From: Rhizophagus irregularis
Taxonomy: Eukaryota
Length of the DNA: 64,000 nt
Reading direction: 5' to 3'
NCBI RefSeq assembly: GCF_026210795.1
Contig: NC_089434.1
Coordinates: 496,001-560,000, forward strand
Under the pieces are notes generated by a model that was given only the letters and a program-made list of their open reading frames with translations, searched no databases and was not told where the DNA came from. This document shows, piece after piece, positions 52,075 to 64,000 of this stretch (within the stretch, counting starts at the first letter, position 1; the number at the start of each line of letters is the position of its first letter). The translations under genes were made by a program, and so were the position numbers.

Positions 52075-53060
52075 AATTTTTTTGAACAAAATTCTTATAA
52101 TTTTTTAAAAAAAAGCTGATGATAATATAACATCAAAAGCTGAAATTTATTATATTATTTATATTCATGCAAATTGCCATTACTATTTCTTTACAGTAAC
52201 CACCATGTACCACGGAACCATCACTTTTTTCGTATAACCAGGGATTTTATGATATTTTTCATAGTTCATTATGATATAATGATCTACAGTTATAAGTGGA
52301 AATTACATCATAATGAAAAACGAGGGAAAAAATATTTTTTGTTTATTAATTAATTAATCGGCTAGAGCGTAAATGTAAAGTTACTATGAGTAATATGGTT
52401 AACAACATGGCGGGTGTAGATCCAGAATTACGGAATTGTTTAACTACTTGATGGCTATGGCCTTACGTAAGATTTTCTTTTGTGTAGATCCTATTTACTT
52501 TTTAGGAAATCAATAAAATTTTATTTATTAGCTAATATTTGGATTACGCCTACTATGTCTGAACCAACCCTGGTTAAAAGTTAAAACAATTATGTTAAAA
52601 AGTTCACACAAGCCATAAGTTTTTCTCCCAAGTAGATTTTATACTTGCATTAGACGGACTATCGTCATCTTGTATTCCTTAATAGTGTTAATCATTAATT
52701 TTTTTGTTTATTATTTATTAGTGAGAATATTTTTTCACATAAAGATTCGTTGCTACATCTGATCATGATGTAAATTTTTATTATGTAAAAAAATATTACG
52801 TGGTGTTAGTACTTAAAATCACGACCAAAAAAGAGTAAGTCTTTTGACGACCATTAGTTAGCAAAAGAACTTTAAATATTTTTTAAAAAAAAATTGATAT
52901 TTTTAGATCTGAAAGAAAAAAATTTTTTCTTGCGATATATTCATGTAAAATTTCGTTTAATCCTCAAAATTGGCTATTTTTCTTTTTTTGTTTTGTTTTC
53001 ATTCCTTCGAATTGATTAAATTTTTTATCCAATAGTACTAATAGTACTCAATCTCTTATA

Positions 53061-54778
53061 ATGTCCCACCAATACTCTTCAAGTAATGATAATGTAAATT
53101 TCCCAGTTATCCTACTAGTAGGAAAAACCGGTAAGATATTGCACTTATATTTATTTAAATTATCTTAAAAAATTACAGCTTTTGTTCTTGTTCCTAAATT
53201 AAAGGATCTGGAAAAAGTACCTTGGGAAATCTGCTTTTGGGAAGAGATGAATTTTTTGTCTCTGATTCGACTGTAAGTAATTGTAATGAAAAAAAATCTT
53301 TACAAATTATTCAAATAAATTCTGAAATTTTGATATAATGGAACTTTTAAGATTTCCTCAACTAAAAAATGTCAAATGGCCTCGACTATAATAAATGAGA
53401 AAATGTTTACTATCATTGATACACCCGGAATTTTTAGGACTGATAAAACGAATCAGGAAATTCCGAGAGATATGGAGCAAGCAATCTCACAATGTGGATA
53501 TGGAATTCAAGCTATCATAGTTGTTATAGGTGTGTATGATATCAGAATATTTTTATGAAGTTTTCAAATGATTAAAAAAAGTTTCCTCATTTAAGAGGCT
53601 ACTCGTTTTACAAAGGAACAGAGAGACACTATTGATCAAATTATCAAATTTCTCGGCAAGGAGTCGTTAAACAACATGATTGCGGTATTTACAAAGTGTA
53701 AAAAGGCTCCAACAATAGATTCTGATTTGCTCTTCAATTCATTGGTTCCAGAACAAAAGGAATTCCTAGGTCAATTTGACAACAGATTTATTGTATCGCC
53801 TAATCCCGATATTTTTGGAAAACCTGACGACCCAATTGTTGCACGTCATATGACGAAACTCAAGAATTATATTGTAGGCTTTTCAGATCTCTATAGAATA
53901 GATATCTTTGAAAAAGCTCACAGCAACCGACTACGAGAAAATCAGATATATTATACATTATATAATTTGTATACATTTGTAAAAAATTCATTTAAAGATC
54001 ATGCAATTGAAGAAGAAGAATGTTTTGCCGCGGATTCAAAAGTCACTTTGCGAAATGGCAAAGTTATCAAGATTTCGGAACTCGTTATTGGAGACTATGT
54101 ATGTTGTGGATTTGAGAATGGGAAACAAGTCTTCAGCGAAGTGTTATTATTTATTCATGCCGACCACAATTCAATGACGGAATTTCAATTAATTGATTTC
54201 ATGAAGCAGGATGGGTCACTGGGTGATTATTATATATTAATATACCATCTAGAATTTTATTTTATTCTTTTGTTCTAATCTATTTTATTTATTAACGTTA
54301 AGGAACCTTTTGCATTACTCCTGAACATCATATTTTCATGAATAATGGTGGAACCGGGTTGGCCAAAAATGTTATACCGAACAAAACTAAACTTTTTGTT
54401 TCAGATGGTGAGAAATTAGTTTCTGTTACTACAACACGTATTACGAAAGTTAGTATATTTATTTTGAAGTTTTATTGTATTGAAAAGAAAAGAAAAAACT
54501 CATTACTTTCGTTTGATAAGGAACGAAGAAAAGGTTATTATAGTCCGTTGACTCGAAGTGGCACCATCCTTGTTGACGAGGTTCTTTGCTCTTGTTACGC
54601 TTCTGCGCCGCCATATCAATCCTTGATCAACTTTGCCTTTGCACCATTAAAAATCTATACAAAAATTTTTCCATCTAAACATCTGGAGAAGGAGATACAT
54701 CCTTATGTGAAATTTTTAAATAAAGGGCGCGGAATAGTAGAATTCCTTGATTATTTAAATTTCCCTAAAAAGGCTTAG
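53061..54778 (+). CDS. GIN1: GIN1-like type B (B3): AIG1-type NTPase + Hog domain; 6 exons
   Basis: MSHQYSSSNDNVNFPVILLVGKT|GSGKSTLGN, IIDTPGIF, EATRFTKEQ, AVFTKC, junction EEEE|CFAAD, ITPEH, GYYSPLTRSGTILVDEVLCSCY, EIHPY. TAG at 54778. Confidence 0.88.
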
Positions 54779-56317
54779 ATTTTTTGATATTTAAAAAAAC
54801 TAGGAGTATAACTTTTAAAGATTACTGAGGTTCTTCTACTCAGGAAATTTATTTTGTTCGAATTAAGTTAACTAGGAAAATTTATCTACTGATCCTTTAT
54901 AATATTTTTATTTAAGCGAATATTGATAAATGATGTCTTTTAAGGCTAACGGGCACGATTCGAAAAATGTAACTTAATTTAATAAATTTTTAGTTCATTG
55001 TATAAAATGTTATAATATTACTTCTAAAATTTGATATCAATTTAAATACATTCCAAAAGTTTATTTACGATACTTGATGGTTGCAAGAGAATATAATTTT
55101 ATTATGGTTTCGTCCAAATATCTTTTAAAAACATTTCCATTTTTTGATGATATTAAAAATTCAGTAAGTAAATCCAATTGTGATTGAATTAATTTGTATG
55201 GATTTTAAAATTTTAAAAGTAAAGGAAACCATTTTTTTACACCTATAATTAAACGATGTACGTGTTAGCTACATGTTAGTCATGTTACGATTGTTACGAT
55301 TGTTATGAGGTACAGACAAAATTCAATATTCCTAGCGCCGTCTAACGATTCTTATTCGTCTTTGAAATATAATTAAAATCTTCCAGAATAATACTGCAAT
55401 TTTAGCAAGGTTAACCTTCCTCTATTTCTTAAGAAAAATGTTAAGCTAACTTCTTTCACTTATAAGCAAACTATTTTAACGGAAATGTTGTTACAGGATT
55501 ACAGCAGTTAGTTTAGTCAATTAATTGTGTCAATTTAACGATTGGAATTGTAATGGGTAAGAAGTAATTACAGGGTTTAATAATGAAGAAATAGTAAAAA
55601 AAAAGTTTTTCCATTTATAACTGATATAAAAGATGTTTCACTTTATTAAGTTTGGAAGTGATAGTTGAATATAAAATTTATTTACTTAATGGCGCACCTT
55701 TTTAAAACTGAATATTTCTAAGTAATGTTAATATAAGCAATGATAACGATAGAGTATAGACTTACAATAAGCTTAAATACTGGTACTAGTTATTTTTTTA
55801 TAAATTATTTAGTTTTCTTGTTTAACTAATAATTTTTAATAACGGATAATAAAATTAGTAAATTATAGAAAATTGCTCAAACTTCAAAGTATAAATAACG
55901 ATAAATATACAATATTAAAAAATTCTATTTACAGTATTAGTTTAAGATTACCTATAAAAATTTGTACATGGTACATTGGAAAAGTTGTTCTTTAGAATAA
56001 TGACTACATAAACCTTAAATTTAAAATAAAGCGAACAATTTCTTTCGCTTAATTCTTTTAATGTTTTCAACTGAGAAATTTCATTCTATTATGTTTAATA
56101 ATAAGATTATCAATAATACATCAGCCATTTAATGATGCATTGAAAATTCATCATATAAATCATATTTTTTACATCACCTCAAAACGTTCAAATTTTGATA
56201 ATTGAATATACTTTTATTATAATGGTTTGTCAGCTTTAACATATTGAGAAAGTTTGTAAATGCTTAATAAAAAATTTCAAATTTTATTAATGTAAAAATG
56301 TATCTTTTTTCTTACTA

Positions 56318-56517
56318 NNNNNNNNNNNNNNNNNNNNNNNNNNNNNNNNNNNNNNNNNNNNNNNNNNNNNNNNNNNNNNNNNNNNNNNNNNNNNNNNNNN
56401 NNNNNNNNNNNNNNNNNNNNNNNNNNNNNNNNNNNNNNNNNNNNNNNNNNNNNNNNNNNNNNNNNNNNNNNNNNNNNNNNNNNNNNNNNNNNNNNNNNNN
56501 NNNNNNNNNNNNNNNNN
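56318..56517. other. Assembly gap (200 N)
   Basis: Run of N. Confidence 1.
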
Positions 56518-57677
56518 GTGCAAGATCATAATCATGTTCGTAATTATTAAATGGTGGTTGACCAGATGAAATTTCACACATAAGTATGCCAATACTATAA
56601 ATATCCGATTTAACAGTATATTCTTTTCCATCAATAATTTCAGGTGCTATATAAGGAAGATTTCCGTATATACTTGTTAATGGTTTATCTGCAGGGCCAC
56701 AAAATCCAAAATCACTAATAGACCAAGCATTATTAAATTGTGAATACAATATATTCCCAGAATGTAAATCTCTATGAATTGAACTTTCATTATGAATATA
56801 ATAAATTGCATCAATTATTTCATAAATAATTCCAATTTTTTCTACCCATGTTAGTTGATTATAATTTTGTTGTAAAAATTCTCTTAAATTAGCATCTTCC
56901 TTCATCATTACAAGCATATAATTTCCATTTGATGGATTTTGTGTTAAACCATAACATTGAACAATTTCTTGACGTTTATTACTTATAGATAAATGTGTTT
57001 TAGCCTATAAAAAGTAATTTCAAAATTTTATTATTAATAATTAATTTTAAATAATATAAGTTTTTAGGTATTTTTAGATTACAAACCTCTTCAAACCAAT
57101 TTTGACTTGCATTTTCAATATTTTCTAATTCTTTTAATATTACATCATGTTCTCCAAGTCTTTGTAATTGTTGATTCTCAGAATCCCATTCTTCATATTT
57201 TCCGTTAATCCATATTGCTGTATAGATTTTAGAAAATCCACCTTTTGTTAAATATTCAATATTTTGTAAATTATTATATGGAATCCATTCAATTATCGCA
57301 TTTGGCATAAGTGACTCAACTTGACATTTTTGTATTAAATTATCAATATCATTATTTCCAGATGTCCAATTTGGAAATTTTGCTTTTAAATAATTTTGAA
57401 TACAATATTCACAATATGTCATGGCTAAACATTCTTGGTTACAATATTCACAAATTCTTCTTGTTCCTTCATTATAAAGAATTCTATCTCGATCATAATA
57501 CATATTATTAAGTCTTATTGCTTCATTTTTTTCATCAGTTGTAAGAGAATTGTCAGCAAGAATTGTTTGTTGCATAAATTCATATTGTTTGTGTAAGTCG
57601 GCATGAATATTAGGATCAATTAATGACCATGCTCTATTAATTGCTGCATAAATTAAATTTCTTCGAATATTAGACAT
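56518..57677 (-). CDS. TKL protein kinase of the same family; 3' end lost in the assembly gap
   Basis: CEYCNQECLAMTYCEYC, KGGFSKIY, VILKEL, IHRDLHSGN, SDFGFCG, YIAPE. Intron ~57004-57084. Confidence 0.85.
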
Positions 57678-58972
57678 AATATTATAGGGCTTTTAAATTT
57701 CCAACTTTGAACAATGAACATTTACGCCTTTAGCCTTTTTTAACGTATACTCCGGATTGCGTAACTACAAACTTAAATTTAGCATGATCTACTGCTGAAT
57801 AATGTTTCACAATATTTTAATGTTTCACAATGTTTCACCACATGACATTTGTGATTATGCATTTAATTTAAGAAGTGAATTACCTAAAAAGGCAATAAAA
57901 GTATTATTAATTTTTTTAACGAAGAAAAACAATTATTATGTAATAACTTTTCGTTCAAAAATTACCTTTTTTTCTCCATTATTTTTTTTTTAAAAAAAAA
58001 AAAATCTAAATATATATGTAATAATTAAATAACAATGCGCAGAAATTGAAGTTAAAATGTTTTTTTTTATTCTGTGTACGAGTATAAATAATTCTAGAAT
58101 TTGATTCTATAAAATAAAAAAACATTCCTTTTTTAAAAAATTAAAAAAAAATAATTAATAAAAAAAAATTAATAGGATTTTTTTTATACATATGGAAGTT
58201 TCAATATGTTCTTAGGTCACATACAGTAAAAGCAAAAGACCCAGCTAGCTATGGCCTATAAGCTGCATGAATGATCCAATTCAACAACAACAATGGTCAA
58301 TGGTGAAAGCATTTTTGTTTTGTTATTATTGTTGGAATAATAAAATTTTAAGCGAACTTAATGTATTATTGTGTAATAACAAATCATCTTTCTAATAAAT
58401 TGATAGTCCTTAAATCACTTTAATAAATTATTTGATAAAAAAATATGCTTACTTATCTATATCCGTTAAAATTTTAAACCATGTAACATTGAACTCTAAA
58501 AGTATTTTTACACGGATGTATGAATTTAACTTTAGATTCCATTTATTGAAAATGGTCTTTAAAGTTATGGAGATTTATATAATTCACTTTCAATTCAATG
58601 TACATCTATTTTCAAATTCATTTTTATTTCTACTGTGCTGTACATTAATACATTTATAAATTTTTTTATATTATTTTCTAATTTCCAATTTGTTATATTA
58701 ATATACATTAAAAAAAAAATACTGAAATTTACGCTATTAATTTAAAAATGACTTAGTTTTAACTTTTCTTAACTTTATGCAAAAAAAGTTTCGCTAATAA
58801 TTATAAGTAAACATTAAAATCTGGTTGTTTTTTGGAATAAAAAAAGATATTCGTGAGATAAATAATTATGAATATAAAGAATACAATAGAATGGAATCTA
58901 CATAATTAAAAAATTTGGTAATATTTAGATTTTTGAATTGTGTAACATGGAAACGCTTGATATATCTGTGCC

Positions 58973-59517
58973 GCAAAAATTACCTCCTCGTATTACTTTC
59001 TTGACCCGGTCAAAATATGCATGATTATGTATGACAAAAATGTTCCTTTCTTGACCTGAAACGCGATATGCGATAAACAAAAAAAGAAATATTTTATTCT
59101 TTATTTATATTTAACAAAAATAATGTTCTTTAATACTTTTTTATTTCTACAATATTGATAAAATAATTTTATTTTATTTACAAAAGATAGCCGATAAATA
59201 GATTACATTTAAGAGAATTAGGTAATAAATACTAAACTACAACCCGCATAAAAATAAGTATTAAAATAAAAAAAAAATAATAAATTATTTTGTCATTAAT
59301 CATTAATGATAAAAAAATAAATTATTCTTTTTGACATTAAATATTGATCTCCTTGTGTATATAACTCTTGAAAACTGAAATTATGGAAATAAGAAAAATA
59401 ACAACGCGTTAATGTTTTTTGCAGGTCAAGAAAAGAACATTTTTGTCATACATAATCATGCATATTTTGATCAAGTCAAGAAAGTAATACGAGGAGGGTC
59501 AAGAACGTAATTTTTGC
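58973..59517. mobile_element. Mutator-like (MULE) MITE
   Basis: ~90-bp imperfect TIRs starting GCAAAAATTAC. Perfect 9-bp TSD ATCTGTGCC at 58964-58972 and 59518-59526. Confidence 0.8.
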
Positions 59518-61694
59518 ATCTGTGCCTGGTCTATTGTGAAAATTTTTGTGATCTAATTCAGTTCTAGTTAATGAAATTTTGATCAGATTTTTTTTTTTAT
59601 ATCATAATACTGATAAAGAAAGTTTAGTTTATTAATCATATTTCCCCTCGGGATGATGCGATCGGCCGCATTAGAATGTTAAAAAAATTTTCCAATATAT
59701 TTTTCTTTTTTTTTTTAAACCAAAAAATTTTTTTTCAAAATTTTTTTTTATATTTTGATTTTTTAAAATCGAAATTTTTTTTTCCAAATCGGTTTTTTCT
59801 TTAAGCCGGTGTTTTTTGGTTTAATTTTTCCCCTTTATAATCTAAATAGTAATTTTTTTCCTTAATTCTTTTTTTTTCGTTCTTTCACTTTTTAGGTTTA
59901 TATCTGTGATCGGATCGATACTGTAGTATTACTATAATTTTTTCTTTCTTGGTTACTTTTTTTTACTAATATTTCATTTTTCTTAATTTTTTTTTGTTCT
60001 TTTGACTTTTAGGTTTAGATCGGGCAGTGCTTTGATGTAATCAAAATAAATACTTTTTTTTTATTTAAATAAATACTGTATATTTTATATGATTTCTTTT
60101 AGGTTAGTAGAATAAATATGATTTTTTAAAAATATCCAGCAAAAAAAAAATAAAATTGATAATTTTTTAAATTATAAATATATATTTTTTAAATATTGTT
60201 AGTTGGTATAATTAATACTTATTTTATTATTGTTCATTTTTTATTGTTAATTATTATGACATAATTTATTTTATTTAATATAGTTAAAATTTTTAATCAA
60301 TTTTTATTTTTCATTCACATTATAATCCAAATTATAAATAAATAAAAAACCTTTATGTAATTATTAACTCAATATATGAAATTTTATACTAATTTAAACT
60401 CATTAATCATTTTGCAACGCAACAGTTTACAGCAAGTTATCATAAAAAATAAAATACAAAGTTAAATAATGAATTTTAATCGGTAATTATTTTTTTATTT
60501 ATCTTTTTTTATTTTTAAAACTAGTAGAGCCCAAATTACATATATTTGATAAAACGAAATATATAAAGTTGAATATAAAATATGTCCTAGATGAACTACA
60601 CGCATAAATAGAACAATGTAACAATATAAATAAAAGTTGCAATCTGACAAAAGTTATCTTCTTTTTCTGTTATTAATATACTTTTTTTTTTGAATAAAAA
60701 AAAGATAAATCTTAAAATAAAATTCAAAGAAATTAAGTAGTAAGCTTAAATTTAATCTGCCTGAAATTTATTCATAATGATAAAACATACTTTTTTTCAA
60801 AAACAAATGAATAAATGAATTAATTAACGTATAATTGAAAAAATGACAAACATTTAATATACTGTTGTTACAAAAAAATACTGTAGTCAATCTGAACACT
60901 AGTTTCATAGGAATTTGATGTATCTACACATAATGAACATAGAATTCGATGTCAAAATCATTGCCTAGAAATTAAATTTCTTAGTGCAATAATGTAGCCT
61001 TACTAATAATTGTATTATTTAGACAAAAAATATATATATATTATAGTATTTAATAATAAAGTCAGTTAATAAATGAACGTGAACGTAATAGTTTTTTGTA
61101 TAGATTATACAAGAATTTAATTTTACGGTGATTATGAAAAAGCATAAATTTTTTAATAACTTAATACTAATTTTAACCTATTGATTCGTTGTGAATATGA
61201 AAAAGGAAAGGTCTAAATAACATGATGTATTATTCCATACAATGATACAAGTACTTTTATTATTGATCAAAAAAAATATATATATAATATATATTTTTAA
61301 ATGGATTCTTTGTGTAATTCTAGATTGTTAAAATTAATTACTCCAGAGGATATCATGGCTGGATAATACAGATATATGGATATTATCCGGATAGCCGCCA
61401 GGATAGTAAGAAGCGACATTCGCGAGTTTATCTGGATTGATTCACCACCAAACCAACAGAATGTGTCATGTTACTCATGTGTACTGTACATTAAAATAAA
61501 AATCGGATTTTTTATTTTAAAAAATCAAATCAAACTAGATATTCAATTAATCAAAATCCGGGTATTCGGATCATAAAAAATTTTTATTTTTCAACAAAAA
61601 AAAAATAATAAATAAATAAATAAATAAAATAAACCCTAAATCTAAATATAAAATCAAATAAACACTATACTATAAACCCTTCATTTACTAAATA

Positions 61695-63275
61695 TTAAAT
61701 ACTAATATTATACATCTTATGAACATCATGAATACTATTAAATTCCATTATTTCAACTCCTTTATCTTTAATCCTATTTAATAATTTTAATTCCTCATCA
61801 TTCAATTTTTTATTCAATTTCATCACACCAAGAATTTTTAAACTATTATTACTTTTTTCAATATAATTTAAAATAATTTTAAGTAATTTAAATTCAATAA
61901 TATGTTTTAAATTAATTATTTCAAAATTATTATGACAATTTTCTAAAAATTCCTCAAGTTTTAAAAAATTGATTGATTCACGAAGACGAATAGTAAAAGT
62001 AATTTTATTAATATTAATAGGTATATTATTTGCTAAATTTATAAAAAATTTATCAATATTATAAGAAATATTAATATTTAATATTCTTATTCTTAAATTT
62101 TTTAAAAATTCTAATACTGATAAATCAATATATAAATAAATTCTTATTTCTAAAAAAATAAGATTTGAACAATACATTGATATATTTTCAATAAGTTGAA
62201 TTGTAGGATTTTCAATTAATAATCTTTGTAATGATTCTCCTAGATATTTGATCATTAAAGATGTGACATCATCATTCCATCTATTACGTATAAATGATAA
62301 TTCCTTGAGCTTAAATGAAGCAAAATTTAAAATCTCACATTGATTTAATAATATACCTTCACAAGATTTAAATATTAAATATTCTAAATTATATAAATTA
62401 TTAAACCTTTTTAAATTAACGTTAATAAAGTTTGATCTTATAAATTCAATATGAACTAAAGAATGCTTTTGAAATTCTAAGGATAAAATAATATTATTTA
62501 ATAAAGAATAACAATTCCATATCTTAAATATTTTAAGTTTGTTTTTCCCTTGAATAATTTTGTAAAGATTTTCCCATATAGTATTTTTGGAATTGACTGA
62601 CCCTCGAGTTTGAGTAAGCTTAATTATCAATTTACTCAAATTTAAACTATTATTAGTTATATTTCCTAAAAATTCTTGTTTAATTTCATTATTAATGATA
62701 TCATCTAATGATAAACTTAATGATTTTAATTTTGTTAAATTTGAAATAAAGTTTTGAACATTAAAATTTTTAAAACCTTGTTTATAAAATAAATGTAATG
62801 AAATATCTAATTGTTTAATATTTCTACTTTGACGTAAAATTGATTGATGAAATATTGGAATAATATCTTCATACATTTTATCTGTAAATATCGATAAACC
62901 TAAATTATAATTTATAAACATAATAATAAAAGACTTTATTTTAGAGTGATTGTAATCTTCTAAATATTTTAAATATTCAAATAATGGTTTATGTTCTTCA
63001 TAATCAATATTATTATTATTATTATTAATTTGATTTATTCCTAATTGATTCTTTAATTGTAAAATTTCTTCTTTATTAAAACATAAAATTATGGTTGAGA
63101 TTATCATGTATTTTTTTTTGGATATTATTACAAAAGGATTTGTATAAAGTAAAGGAATTGCCGTTTTACACCAAAATCTATTAACTAATAAACAGTTAAA
63201 TAAAGTTGTTCCATCATTTTGAAGGTATTGTAAAATATCATAAACACAATCATCTATTAAATAAGGCAATGACAT
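61695..63275 (-). CDS. F-box-like / leucine-rich repeat protein, intronless, 526 aa
   Basis: N-terminal F-box-like motif LPYLIDDCVYDILQYL...LFNCLLVNRFWCKTAIPLLYTNPF, followed by LxxLxL-type repeats (LTKLKSLSL, NLEYLIF, KLKELSF, SLQRLLI). Confidence 0.85.
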   Translation of the reverse strand: MSLPYLIDDCVYDILQYLQNDGTTLFNCLLVNRFWCKTAIPLLYTNPFVIISKKKYMIISTIILCFNKEEILQLKNQLGINQINNNNNNIDYEEHKPLFEYLKYLEDYNHSKIKSFIIMFINYNLGLSIFTDKMYEDIIPIFHQSILRQSRNIKQLDISLHLFYKQGFKNFNVQNFISNLTKLKSLSLSLDDIINNEIKQEFLGNITNNSLNLSKLIIKLTQTRGSVNSKNTIWENLYKIIQGKNKLKIFKIWNCYSLLNNIILSLEFQKHSLVHIEFIRSNFINVNLKRFNNLYNLEYLIFKSCEGILLNQCEILNFASFKLKELSFIRNRWNDDVTSLMIKYLGESLQRLLIENPTIQLIENISMYCSNLIFLEIRIYLYIDLSVLEFLKNLRIRILNINISYNIDKFFINLANNIPININKITFTIRLRESINFLKLEEFLENCHNNFEIINLKHIIEFKLLKIILNYIEKSNNSLKILGVMKLNKKLNDEELKLLNRIKDKGVEIMEFNSIHDVHKMYNISI

Positions 63276-64000
63276 CTTAAGAAATTTTAGGAAGAAAATA
63301 CGAGTATCGGAGTTATGTTAGTTATTACAGTATTATAAGCCCAATTTTAGAAGTCATATGGTTGTACATTTTATAATACTGCGACACGAACTGTGGATAA
63401 ATTAGAATGCCGTAATTGCTGACGTGTGTGACGTATGACATATTGTATGTAAAACATTTATTGATGTATTGATGTGTTACACTGCTGATCATACGTTGAA
63501 CAATAATTTTTATTTTTATCACAAAAAGAACCGTCATTAGTACAGTCTACAAGAAACTATATAAAACAATTTCTACAAGTAGGGCATAAGAACTAATGCA
63601 TGAAAAGTCTTCCTAAGACAACATTCTTCTGGTGGAAATGGGAAATAACAAAAATATCTATACTAGATAGATATCACCAAAAAAGAAATAAAATAAAACT
63701 ATGCAATATAAGGTTGAACAAACTTGAATAAAATTAGCCAATCAAAATATTATATAGTATATATCATATAATACAAATGAGCCACACTCTCCTATTTTGA
63801 AATAATTAAAGAATAATTAAAGCATTTTACTAAGTCCATTCAAAAAAAAATAATTATTATTTTTTGATCCCACATATAGCAAATGGACAACTTCTTCAAA
63901 TTTGAACCGGCGATTTAAAAAGTTATATCCAAATTTTTTTGTCTCTTGTTCTTAAAAAGAAAATTTTATAATTTCAAAACAATACATATGGCTAGTTCAT

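Noticed and set aside
56287..56634. ORFs spanning the N run
   Set aside because: Artefacts of translating through the assembly gap.

Overview
AT-rich, intron-containing fungal DNA. The gene families (HRDLHSGN-type tyrosine-kinase-like kinases, sacsin-like gene, intronless F-box/LRR gene) and short introns point to Glomeromycotina, Rhizophagus-like (inference). Left to right: the 5' part of a sacsin-like gene running off the left edge; a tandem array of TKL kinases (2 apparently intact, 1 pseudogene, 1 remnant); a ~32 kb array of GIN1-like genes; a further kinase broken by a 200-N gap; and an F-box/LRR gene. Each GIN1-like gene encodes an AIG1/GIMAP-type P-loop NTPase fused to a complete Hedgehog-type Hog (Hint + sterol-recognition-like) autoprocessing domain. 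The most notable feature is their organisation: two distinct subfamilies (A and B) are repeatedly arranged as head-to-head A/B pairs. There are three intact pairs, one jointly dead pair, and one A gene split by an ~11 kb inversion that carries a Ty3/Gypsy LTR retrotransposon with an extra ORF. Several MITEs are present, including a three-level nested set confirmed by an empty paralogous site. Exon models were assembled by eye from GT-AG sites, and family assignments rest on motif recognition, not database searches.
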